Shown here: positions 1 through 8,291 of the stretch, one piece after another
How the letters are laid out: each line of letters opens with the position of its first letter
How positions within the stretch are numbered: position 1 is the stretch's first letter
Origin: Candidatus Firestoneibacteriota bacterium
GTDB taxonomy: Bacteria > Oederibacteriota > D2-FULL-39-29 > JBDRBU01
DNA length: 30,386 nucleotides
Direction: 5' to 3'
Assembly (NCBI GenBank): GCA_043822305.1
Contig: JBDRBU010000089.1
Coordinates: 1-30,386 of the forward strand
Notes under the pieces: model-generated
What the model was told of the DNA's origin: nothing
Databases searched by the model: none
The model's input: the letters and a program-made list of their open reading frames with translations, nothing else
Made by a program: the position numbers and the translations under genes

Positions 1-189
1 TTCCCCTTTATTATGATACACATCAACATCCATTTGAACATACAGAAATTTTCCATCAGGAGTTCTGTTTCTCTTGAAGAATGGCAAGACCGTTAATCTT
101 ACCATATTCAGGATTTTACCGATGAAATTTTTCTTTGTCGATAATATTATCATACTATCTTATTTTAACATATTTATTATTGTAAATAA

Positions 190-429
190 AGCATACTTTT
201 TGATATAATTATCTTTGTAAATTACACACTGGCAGGATGTGGTTGTGTTATTTTAGGAGGTATAATTGGTCCTTCTTATTCTACAAAAAGCGCAGACTAT
301 ACTGTTCCTATTGTTTTTTGTTCGATAGGCCTTGCTTGTGTGGTAATTTCATTGGTAAATATGGGTTCGGGATATAACAAGTTGAAAGAGGTTGAAAAGG
401 AAACAGACGAAAAAATAAGTTTAAAATAA
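190..429 (+). pseudogene. Small two-TM membrane protein fragment, no good start codon (probable 5'-truncated remnant)
   Basis: Stop-free frame 190-429 reading ...LAGCGCVILGGIIGPSYSTKSADYTVPIVFCSIGLACVVISLVNMGSGYNKLKEVEKETDEKISLK*; two hydrophobic segments and a charged tail; no ATG before the first hydrophobic segment. Confidence 0.35.
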
Positions 430-595
430 CTTTACTTACAATACTTGTATAACTTGTAATAATTGTAAAACAAGTGAGTAGGTAAGTATCTTAAAAAGAA
501 AAATAATGCACCAGAATTGATTCTGGAGCGATTTTTGAGACACATAAAATAGAATAAATACGCTTTTAAGTAAAATTCCGGTTCAAGGTAAGTGT

Positions 596-695
596 ATGAA
601 GCGGGTTAAAAAAGCCCGTCTTCATCTGTCTTGACTCTTAACAGGGTTAAGATATAAAAACCTAACACGATGATGGAGGCGAGTTAATTTTTTTT
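596..695 (+). other. Candidate structured RNA leader / attenuator upstream of CDS 742
   Basis: Hairpin 596-625, hairpin 627-654, alternative pairing 613-626 with 672-685, then T-tract 688-695; G-U pairs favour the + strand. Confidence 0.35.
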
Positions 696-741
696 ATAAT
701 TAACCTTCTCTATAATGAAAATTTAAAATGAGGAGAAAAAG

Positions 742-2199
742 ATGAAAAAAGTAATTCTAACAATATTATTTTTATCTCTAATTTCAAGTGTTGCTTATTC
801 TGAGGCAACCAGAAAAATAACACAAAAATATCCTAATGAACAACCAAAAGAAATAATTTATTATAGTGAAGGAAAAGAGATTGCAAAGGAAATATGGAAA
901 CAAGTATATGGTTTAGATGAAAAAACCTTATTAGGAGTTCAATTAGATAAAAAGACAGGGAAAATACCAGATGGGTTAGTTAAAGAATACTATAAAAACT
1001 GGAATATAAAATATGAACAATATTATAAAAATGACAAACTAAATGGAATTTCAAAAGAATACTATGAAAATGGTAAAATAAAGGAGGAAATTGTATATAG
1101 AAATGATGACAATGTAAAATCCACAGAATATTATGAAACAGGAGAATTACAAGGCGAATCTATTGAAGATATCGAAGGTAATACTGTTCATAAAAGTTAT
1201 AATATAAGCGGTAAAATTACCGGTGTGGAGTCATATAAGGGTTTTGCTAGAAAACATATAAGCTATTATTATGACGAGAATGGAAGATTGGAATCAACAT
1301 CTGAGTTTAATCAGAATAATTTATTCCTATATAAAACCACGGATTTTATAGATACATGTTATATTTATTATGATAATAATAAATTGAAAGCTGTCATAAC
1401 AAAAATGAATGATAAACTAGAAGGTTTAAGTAAATCATATTATGAAAGTGGGAAACTTTGGATAGAAACAAATTATAAAGATGATAAAAAAAATGGTTTA
1501 TTTAAAGTATATTATGAAAATGGAAACTTTAAGACAGAAGGAAATTTTAAAGATGGTAAAGAAGATGGGTTAGGAAAATTTTATGGTGAAGATGGAAATC
1601 TTAAGGCAGAAAAGAATTATAAAGATGGTAAATTAAATGGTTTAGCAAAAGCATATGATGAAAATGGAGAAATAAGAATAATAGATACTTATAAAAAAGG
1701 TGTTAAAATAAATTCCAAAAAATATGATAAGTTAGGCAAAGAAATTATGAATCAAGATTATCCTTATGAACCTCTATTTACTGATGATAATATTGAGCAA
1801 GGATTATCTGATACTTTAACGACTTCTTTCTTTCAAACCAATAAGTTTACTATCTTAGAGAGAAGCAAGATGAAAGAGATATTGAAAGAGCAGAAATTTC
1901 AATTAACTGGATGCACTACAAAAGAATGTGCTGTAGAAATAGGCAAGATATTAAATGTAAAATTTGTAGTTCTTAGTAGTATCTCTAAGATATCTAAGGA
2001 ATTTGTAATAAATATAAGGATTGTCAATGTTGAAAGCTCTGAAATAGTATCTGCAGAAATGGAGAAGTGTGATACAGAGAAAGATTTGATAAGTTCAATT
2101 CAAAAACTCGTTCAAACTGTTTCAGATAAAACTATTGAAAAATATCCTAAAGAAGAATCAATACCAATAGCAGTGCTTGATTTAGATTTAAAACAGTAA
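742..2199 (+). CDS. Secreted MORN-variant repeat (YwqK-like) protein with C-terminal CsgG/HfaB-like domain
   Basis: SD GAGGAG upstream; signal peptide MKKVILTILFLSLISSVAYS; many GxxKxYYENG...G repeats; C-terminal KFTILERSKMKEILKEQKFQLTGC...AVEIGKILNV...IRIVNVES CsgG-like signature. Confidence 0.8.
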   Translation: MKKVILTILFLSLISSVAYSEATRKITQKYPNEQPKEIIYYSEGKEIAKEIWKQVYGLDEKTLLGVQLDKKTGKIPDGLVKEYYKNWNIKYEQYYKNDKLNGISKEYYENGKIKEEIVYRNDDNVKSTEYYETGELQGESIEDIEGNTVHKSYNISGKITGVESYKGFARKHISYYYDENGRLESTSEFNQNNLFLYKTTDFIDTCYIYYDNNKLKAVITKMNDKLEGLSKSYYESGKLWIETNYKDDKKNGLFKVYYENGNFKTEGNFKDGKEDGLGKFYGEDGNLKAEKNYKDGKLNGLAKAYDENGEIRIIDTYKKGVKINSKKYDKLGKEIMNQDYPYEPLFTDDNIEQGLSDTLTTSFFQTNKFTILERSKMKEILKEQKFQLTGCTTKECAVEIGKILNVKFVVLSSISKISKEFVINIRIVNVESSEIVSAEMEKCDTEKDLISSIQKLVQTVSDKTIEKYPKEESIPIAVLDLDLKQ

Positions 2200-2254
2200 G
2201 CCTAACACCTGCCTTAGCTAAACATAAAGAAAAATTAAATATGAAAAATTACAC

Positions 2255-2283
2255 TTTACAAAATCTTATATAAATGTTACAAT
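2255..2283 (+). promoter_or_regulatory. Sigma70-type promoter for tRNA-Val
   Basis: TTTACA (2255-2260), 17-nt spacer, extended -10 TGT-TACAAT (2278-2283), 8 nt before the tRNA. Confidence 0.7.
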
Positions 2284-2291
2284 TTACTTGC

Positions 2292-2368
2292 GGGCGGTTA
2301 GCTCAGTTGGTTAGAGTATCAGCTCGACAAGCTGAGGGCCACTGGTTCAAGTCCAGTACCGCCCACCA
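2292..2368 (+). tRNA. tRNA-Val(GAC)
   Basis: Acceptor GGGCGGT/ACCGCCC, D arm GCTC/GAGT, anticodon stem TCAGC/GCTGA with loop TC-GAC-AA (anticodon 2326-2328), T arm ACTGG-TTCAAGT-CCAGT, discriminator A and encoded CCA. Confidence 0.95.
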
Positions 2369-2400
2369 TTTTGGTAAGTGATAAATAGGAGTTAAAAAAA

Positions 2401-4302
2401 ATGTTGACAAATATTGAAGAACGCAAAATAATAAATCAAATTTCAAGAGGATTAAGAATAGTTATTAGTAATCTTAGTCTTTACTCGCCACAAAGTCAAA
2501 TTGTAAAAGATGGTATTCTTCAACTTCATCTGACTTTATCGGAATATTTTAATAAAAGTTTTTCTTTAAATGATAAGTTAGTGATTGGTGAATCAGATAG
2601 GACTATTTTAGTAAATGGTGAGGTTATAAAGGATATAGATAAAGGTTCTTCTGCCTTTGTAGAAAATATGATTTCTAATAATTTAAAAAGTATAACATTT
2701 TTAAAGGGTATAACCCAGGAGGAAATTTTCACTCTTCTTGAAAACATAAGTGTAAAGAAAAAAGAAAAGAAGGAAGATTTAGAAAAAATTTTAAAAGAAA
2801 AAGGATTTACGCATCTTGAAATTAATAAAAAGGTTTATGTAGCCGTTGGTGAAGAAGGAGAATTTAAAAAAGAAGAGGATAAAGGTGCGAAGTTAGAGTC
2901 TTCTTCCCAGGTAAAAGAAGAAAAAGATGAGAAAAGTTCGCCAAAGATACAAGAAATAAAAATTAATAAAGTAGAATCACTTACTGAAGAAGCACGTAAT
3001 GTAGTAAAAGGTAGCAGTCAAGAACTTGTCCATGAGGATAAGAGGAAAGATCTGCAAAGAATGCTAAAGGAGTTAAATGGTATTAACAGGGTAGATTTGG
3101 CGGGTGAGGTAGTAGATAAGATGGCTGAAAACCTTGATGATTTTAAAATCGAGATTAGATTACAAACAGTTCGTTCGTTTAAACAACTTAATCCAACAAT
3201 ACAATCTTTAAATGATAAGAATATAATAGATAGATTGGAAAATAAATTTATATCTACCGAGGAGAAAGAAACAGAGAAAACTGTTTATAATGAACTTGCA
3301 GATTTACTTGAGGAGTCAGCAAATAGAAATATAAATGAAGGGAATTATGAAAAATCATTAAGAATTATTCAGATGTTTAAATTACATAAATACTCAAAAG
3401 GAGAAGGTTTTGAAGGACGAAGTCAATGTGCTGAAGATATGATGCAAAGATTAGTGAATAGTGGATTATTGAGTGTAATCATCAGCGATTTACGTTCTTC
3501 TGATAAGAGAAAACAAGAAGATGCTTATAAAGTAGTATTAAGTTTAGAAGAACATGCAGTATTTTATTTAATTAGTACTTTAAAAGAAATTGAAGATTTG
3601 CATTTGAGAAGAATTTTAGCCTTTGTTATAAAAAATCTGGGAGAATCTGCTGTAAAATTATTAGTTACATCTATAACAGATACTTTGTCATCGGATGAAG
3701 CCAAAAAAATAATAGAAGTATTAGATAGTGTTGAACATCATGATATAATATCTAAAGAATTAAAAAATATGTATACTCATTACAGTCCAGAGATAAGAAG
3801 GGAAGTATTGAAAGCAATAGTTAAAATTTCTCCACTTAATGCAGTAGATTTGTTAGGGCAAGGGCTGGATGATTATGATTTAAATGTTATTAAAGAAGCC
3901 ATCAGATTAACTGGTAAGATTAAATGTGAAGAAGCGGTTCCAAAACTATTAACATTTATTTCTCCTCAAAGTTTATTTTCAAAAAATAAAATAGATGTTT
4001 CTCTTCAGGAGGAAACTTGCATTGCTTTGGGTAAAATTAAAAACAAGAGCACCATAAGTATTTTGCAAGAGGTGGCTAAAGGTGGTAATATAATAAAATT
4101 TAAGAAAGATAAACCTGTCTCGATAAAAATTACTGCTTTATATGGGCTTGCTAATTTTAAACAAGAAGATACCAGACATATTTTAATGAGGTTTTTAAAT
4201 GATAAGGATATTAATATTGTGAAAGCTGCAAAAGAAGCACTAAGAAAACAAGAAACTGCAATTTCAGAAGAAGCAGAGGAGGCAGCAGAAAGACTATTAT
4301 GA
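2401..4302 (+). CDS. HEAT-repeat domain protein
   Basis: SD AGGAG; all-helical, C-terminal HEAT-like repeats (IRREVLKAIVKI, VIKEAIRLTGKI, LQEETCIALGKI, IVKAAKEAL). Confidence 0.75.
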   Translation: MLTNIEERKIINQISRGLRIVISNLSLYSPQSQIVKDGILQLHLTLSEYFNKSFSLNDKLVIGESDRTILVNGEVIKDIDKGSSAFVENMISNNLKSITFLKGITQEEIFTLLENISVKKKEKKEDLEKILKEKGFTHLEINKKVYVAVGEEGEFKKEEDKGAKLESSSQVKEEKDEKSSPKIQEIKINKVESLTEEARNVVKGSSQELVHEDKRKDLQRMLKELNGINRVDLAGEVVDKMAENLDDFKIEIRLQTVRSFKQLNPTIQSLNDKNIIDRLENKFISTEEKETEKTVYNELADLLEESANRNINEGNYEKSLRIIQMFKLHKYSKGEGFEGRSQCAEDMMQRLVNSGLLSVIISDLRSSDKRKQEDAYKVVLSLEEHAVFYLISTLKEIEDLHLRRILAFVIKNLGESAVKLLVTSITDTLSSDEAKKIIEVLDSVEHHDIISKELKNMYTHYSPEIRREVLKAIVKISPLNAVDLLGQGLDDYDLNVIKEAIRLTGKIKCEEAVPKLLTFISPQSLFSKNKIDVSLQEETCIALGKIKNKSTISILQEVAKGGNIIKFKKDKPVSIKITALYGLANFKQEDTRHILMRFLNDKDINIVKAAKEALRKQETAISEEAEEAAERLL

Positions 4303-4844
4303 AATGTTTTAATCATGTTGATAGAGAAATAGATTCTATTTGTTCTATTTGTGGAAGAGGTGTTTGTGGTGAGTGCAAGATAAATCTTGTTGGAAGGTTT
4401 TATTGTCAGAAGTGTGCTGATGATCTGGTAAAAGAAGGAGCGGTTATAGCCTTAAAAAAACTTTATGAGATTCTTGAAGAAAAAAGAAAACATCATAGGG
4501 TTTATACATTGATTCCAGCGGAGATTTATCTTGTAGGTCAGAAAGGAACATTTTTAAAAGGTATTCTGCATAATGTAAGTTCTGCCGGAGTGGCGATTTT
4601 ATGTGATGAAGAAATATCATTAAATGATATAGTTGTTTTAAATTTTAAATTGCCAAATGGTGTTACTCTTGAAGATGTTCAAGGTGGCGTGGTCAGGGTG
4701 GAAAAAATTTGGGGTAAGTGTAATCTGGGTGTTTTGTTTATGAACTTATTAGAAAAGCAACAGATAATTAATGATTTTATGTTGGATTTTAAGAAAAAAA
4801 AGTATACTAATGGTAGTATTGATATGACTAATTATGTCTTGTAA
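4299..4844 (+). CDS. B-box-type zinc finger + PilZ domain protein (putative c-di-GMP receptor)
   Basis: N-terminal CxxH...CxxC...CxxC...CxxC; PilZ motifs RxxxR (RKHHR) and N-x-S-x-x-G (NVSSAG); ATGA overlap with upstream gene. Confidence 0.8.
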   Translation: MKCFNHVDREIDSICSICGRGVCGECKINLVGRFYCQKCADDLVKEGAVIALKKLYEILEEKRKHHRVYTLIPAEIYLVGQKGTFLKGILHNVSSAGVAILCDEEISLNDIVVLNFKLPNGVTLEDVQGGVVRVEKIWGKCNLGVLFMNLLEKQQIINDFMLDFKKKKYTNGSIDMTNYVL

Positions 4845-4885
4845 CTTATTGTTTATCAAGCATATTTTTGTTTTTTATTCGGGTA

Positions 4886-4914
4886 TTGACTTTTTAAAGG
4901 TTTTATGTTATAAT
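4886..4914 (+). promoter_or_regulatory. Sigma70-type promoter for PorV-family gene
   Basis: TTGACT-N17-TATAAT with extended -10 TG. Confidence 0.75.
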
Positions 4915-4954
4915 TAAATAGGTTGAGAGATGAGTTAATGGTTAAGGGGGTAAA

Positions 4955-5905
4955 ATGAAAAAAATAATTGTTTTAATGATGGTTGTATTTGTAAGTATTT
5001 CTTACGCGAGTGGTCCTGGAAGTACGGGAGCTAATTATTTAAGAATAGGTATGGGAGCCAGAGCAGCTGGAATGGGCGAAGCACAAGTTGCTATTGCTGA
5101 TAATGTAGATTCAATTTACTGGAATCCAGCGGGTTTATGTTTAATTAAGAGTAGTGAAATAGGACTAATGCATTTATCTTACTGGCAGGGAATAAACTAT
5201 GAATATTTAGCATATGCTCTGCCCGTAAAAAATATTGGAACATTTGGAGTAGGAGTCACTTATTTGAATAGCGGTTCAATTGATAAGACAACCGAAAATA
5301 TTACTGGCAGTGATTATACGTCAGCAGGGACATTCAATTATATTGCATTTTCGGGTGTAATTTCATATGGTCATAAATTTGTTATTGAAAAAGTTCCAAT
5401 AAATCTGGGTGCTAACTTAAAAATAATAGGAGATAAAATAGAAGACGATACGGTCTTAGGTGCCGGATTGGATTTAGGTGCTACATCTGAGGTCATGAAA
5501 AATCTAACAGTAGGTGCTACAGCGAATAACATAGGAGTATTATTTGGGGAAAATGTTTCATTACCATTAACATTTAAAGTTGGTGCCGGATATAAGTTGG
5601 AACTATTTGAAAAGAAGCATAACGTAACTGTAGCCTTAGATGGTGTTCTTCCTATAGATTCTAAGATAAAAGTAGATACAGGTTTAGAATACAATTATGA
5701 TAATATGATATTTGTTAGGGGTGGATATAAAATTAATTATGATTTAGAAAGTTTTACTGTTGGAGCAGGATTTAGACTTACGATGAGTGGAACACAGTAC
5801 GAGTTAAATTATGCTTTTGCTCCGGCTAAAGAAGATGTAGGACAAACTCACAGGATAAGTTTAATAGTTAGATTTAGTTTACCTTCAGCAGAGAATATTG
5901 AGTAA
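4955..5905 (+). CDS. PorV/PorQ family (UPF0164-like) outer-membrane beta-barrel protein
   Basis: Signal peptide; LRIGMGARAAGMGEAQVAIADNVDSIYWNPAGL motif; amphipathic beta strands; C-terminal THRISLIVRF. Confidence 0.85.
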   Translation: MKKIIVLMMVVFVSISYASGPGSTGANYLRIGMGARAAGMGEAQVAIADNVDSIYWNPAGLCLIKSSEIGLMHLSYWQGINYEYLAYALPVKNIGTFGVGVTYLNSGSIDKTTENITGSDYTSAGTFNYIAFSGVISYGHKFVIEKVPINLGANLKIIGDKIEDDTVLGAGLDLGATSEVMKNLTVGATANNIGVLFGENVSLPLTFKVGAGYKLELFEKKHNVTVALDGVLPIDSKIKVDTGLEYNYDNMIFVRGGYKINYDLESFTVGAGFRLTMSGTQYELNYAFAPAKEDVGQTHRISLIVRFSLPSAENIE

Positions 5906-5982
5906 TAATTATAGTTACCTGATTCCTGAACCTGTCAGCAATTAGTTTATCAGGTTTTTTATCTAATAAAGGAGATTTACTC

Positions 5983-6252
5983 GTGGCAGTAATCGCAATG
6001 TTCTATGGAATTGTTGTCTCAATATACTATTTTGATCAGAGTAAACATCATTCTCCACACATTCATGTTAAATATCAGGACCAAGAATCTATCGTCTCAA
6101 TTCCAAGCGGTGAAGTATTAGAGGGAAAAATTAAATCAAGCAAGATGAAGTTGGTTCTGGCATGGATTGAAATACACAAGGAAGAACTTATGGCTGATTG
6201 GGAACTTGCTATTGGTGGGGAAACTGTTTTTAAAATTGACCCATTAAAATAG
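5983..6252 (+). CDS. DUF4160 family protein (predicted toxin-antitoxin component)
   Basis: SD AAGGAG, GTG start; IAMFYGIVVSIYY...HHSPHIHVKY...VLAWIEIHKEELMADW...KIDPL signature. Confidence 0.85.
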   Translation: MAVIAMFYGIVVSIYYFDQSKHHSPHIHVKYQDQESIVSIPSGEVLEGKIKSSKMKLVLAWIEIHKEELMADWELAIGGETVFKIDPLK

Positions 6253-6264
6253 GGAGTATTTATT

Positions 6265-6525
6265 ATGAATCCTAGAATTAAAGATGTTAAACCAAATTCT
6301 GACTATACATTAACCTTAATTTTTACCAGTGATGAGGTTAAGATATTTGATATGACCCCATATTTAAACAAAGGGATATTTAAGGAATTAAAAGATGTTA
6401 GTTTGTTCAACTCTGTTAAACCATTTTTAGGTAGTATCCAATGGAGAAATGGACAGGATTTATGTCCAGACACCTTGTATTTAAAAAGTAAAAAATATAA
6501 AAGAGGGAAAACATGCTTAAAATAA
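6265..6525 (+). CDS. DUF2442 family protein (partner of DUF4160)
   Basis: VKPNSDYTLTLIF...FDMTPYL...GIFKEL...IQWRNGQDLCPDTLY signature; directly after the DUF4160 gene. Confidence 0.85.
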   Translation: MNPRIKDVKPNSDYTLTLIFTSDEVKIFDMTPYLNKGIFKELKDVSLFNSVKPFLGSIQWRNGQDLCPDTLYLKSKKYKRGKTCLK

Positions 6526-6782
6526 TTGGCACGATTTTTGCTAAGCAAGCAAGATACTCTTTCCTTACATAAAATTTTTTGTCTTACCAATTTTAAAATA
6601 AAACGGTATTTTCCGAACAAACCTTGTAATTCTTCTATCAATATAACTTATCAAATAGTTTCTGCTCCAAAAATTAATATAATATTTCCATTTAATAATA
6701 AAACAATGGGAGGTGTAGGTGTGAAAATTTTGATATGATGGATACTAAATAAAAGAAATAAATTAAAACGAGGGGGTGTAAG

Positions 6783-7265
6783 ATGAAAAAGTATATTGCT
6801 TTAGTTTTGATATTCTGTTTTGTTCTGTTCGGGTGTGTAATAAACCGATATGTGTATAAAACAAATTATGGGCAAGCCATTAAAAAAGATGATGTTGTTG
6901 CTGCTTCAGTAAATATACTCCAAAATGAAGGTTTTACCATAACAACAGCAAATGAGAAATTAGGACTGATAACTACTGAATGGAAATCACTTACAAATGA
7001 AACAGGTGCGGCTATTGGTAAAATATTATTTGGTTCGGCTGAAAATCGTAGAGTGAAGATTTCTATAAGTGTTAATGAGAAAACTAATTTGATTACAATG
7101 AATCCAATAGTTGAAACTTCTACTTCTGGTTGGGTTTCAAGCACAACCTCGTCTGAGGCAACAATGAATGTTAACGAGAAGAAACTTATAGATAAGATAG
7201 CAATTGATATTGCAACAAGTTTAAATTTAGATCCAAAAAGCATAGAAGTTATAAAATCTAAATGA
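6783..7265 (+). CDS. Hypothetical lipoprotein
   Basis: SD GAGGGGG; lipoprotein signal with lipobox LFGC; GFTITTANEKLGLITTEW segment. Confidence 0.75.
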   Translation: MKKYIALVLIFCFVLFGCVINRYVYKTNYGQAIKKDDVVAASVNILQNEGFTITTANEKLGLITTEWKSLTNETGAAIGKILFGSAENRRVKISISVNEKTNLITMNPIVETSTSGWVSSTTSSEATMNVNEKKLIDKIAIDIATSLNLDPKSIEVIKSK

Positions 7266-8002
7266 AAACAATAATTGTAACAATATTTGTTTTATTGCTA
7301 TTGGGTTGTAGTATTCATAAAGTATATATAAAAACAAATCCTCCTGATGGCAAGATATATATATCTAATTCTCTATATTCAATCTGGGTATTAAAAGCTG
7401 ATAGCACACATGAGAACACTATGACAATTTATGAAAGCGAACGTAATGCTTATGTAAAGGCAAAAAAATATGGATTAGAGGATAGTGAGCCAATCAAAGT
7501 ATCTGATTTACTAAAAAAGGATGAGGTAGAATTCAAATTAAAAAATAATAATTTAGCATTTGGTGAGAGTTACATATTGGTTTCAAATGTTTCTGATTCA
7601 GAAAAAGAAAATCTTGCCGTGATAACTTTTGAGTCGGAGCTTGAAGTGATTGATAAAGATGCTTTAACGAAAACATTTGAAAATTATTTGATTAAATCAA
7701 AAAGATTTAATGTTATTGAAAGAAATAATTTGAAAAATATTTTAAATGAACAAAAATTACAATTAACGGGGTTAACAAATCCTGAAGATGCTGTAAAAGT
7801 TGGTCAAATATTGAATGCTAAAAAAATCCTTTTCGGTGAAATTGGCAAGTATGAAGAAAAATATGTTTTTGGTATTCGGATAGTTGATGTTGAAACATCT
7901 AAAGTTATTTATTCAAACGAAGAAAACATTGACAATCTGGATGATTTCGCCGATTCAATTATTGAAACAGTAAACAAAATTACTAAACACTTTCTTAGGT
8001 AA
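7262..8002 (+). CDS. Lipoprotein with PEGA-like N-terminal part and CsgG/HfaB-like C-terminal domain
   Basis: Lipobox LLGC; IKTNPPDGKIYI (PEGA-like); LAVITF...RFNVIERNNLKNILNEQKLQLTGL...AVKVGQILNA...IRIVDVETS. Confidence 0.8.
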   Translation: MKTIIVTIFVLLLLGCSIHKVYIKTNPPDGKIYISNSLYSIWVLKADSTHENTMTIYESERNAYVKAKKYGLEDSEPIKVSDLLKKDEVEFKLKNNNLAFGESYILVSNVSDSEKENLAVITFESELEVIDKDALTKTFENYLIKSKRFNVIERNNLKNILNEQKLQLTGLTNPEDAVKVGQILNAKKILFGEIGKYEEKYVFGIRIVDVETSKVIYSNEENIDNLDDFADSIIETVNKITKHFLR

Positions 8003-8201
8003 AATTGACTTTAAAAGGTTTAAGAACTGGAATAAAATTTGGACTTGAACCATTCTATTACTCTTGTTAAATGTCTCACATAAGTACTGTTTTCTTTTGA
8101 TGGATAGATTGCCTTTACCGCTTCCATACCTACCGAATAATTCTTTTTTAGTAATATGTAAACTGTTCTAAAGACGGAATTTAAAATATTATATTAAAGG
8201 T

Positions 8202-8227
8202 ACTCGGGGTCGTCTCTGACCCCGAGT
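8202..8227. repeat. REP-like palindrome (GGGGTC-GTCTCT-GACCCC family)
   Basis: ACTCGGGGTC-gtctct-GACCCCGAGT, 10-bp perfect stem; related copies at 13661-13686 and 13751-13799. Confidence 0.8.
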
Positions 8228-8236
8228 TGTTGATAA

Positions 8237-8291
8237 GTAGTTAAGCATCTTTAGATGCTGTTTAATACAGGGTCTAAAGACCCTTGACTAC
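8237..8291. repeat. GTAG-type REP doublet (REPIN-like)
   Basis: GTAGTTAAGCATC-TTTA-GATGCTG on + and GTAGTCAAGGGTC-TTTA-GACCCTG on -, inverted, 7 nt apart. Confidence 0.8.

Noticed and set aside
1..153. Open frame on the - strand (MIILSTKKNFIGKILNMVRL...) running off the window edge
   Set aside because: No SD, no recognisable family, too little sequence to call
823..2154. Near-identical AAAAATATCCTAA(T/A)GAA at both ends of CDS 742
   Set aside because: Low-complexity A-rich match encoding KYPxE; could be chance
2200..2230. attC-like start GCCTAAC right after the CDS 742 stop
   Set aside because: No matching GTTRRRY or long imperfect palindrome downstream and no integron integrase in view
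2292..2368. tRNA as attachment site of an island
   Set aside because: No duplicate of the tRNA 3' end and no integrase noticed in the window
5917..5960. Intrinsic terminator after the PorV-family gene
   Set aside because: T-tract present but the stem (ACCTGAT/ATCAGGT or AACCTG/CAGGTT) is weak with a large loop
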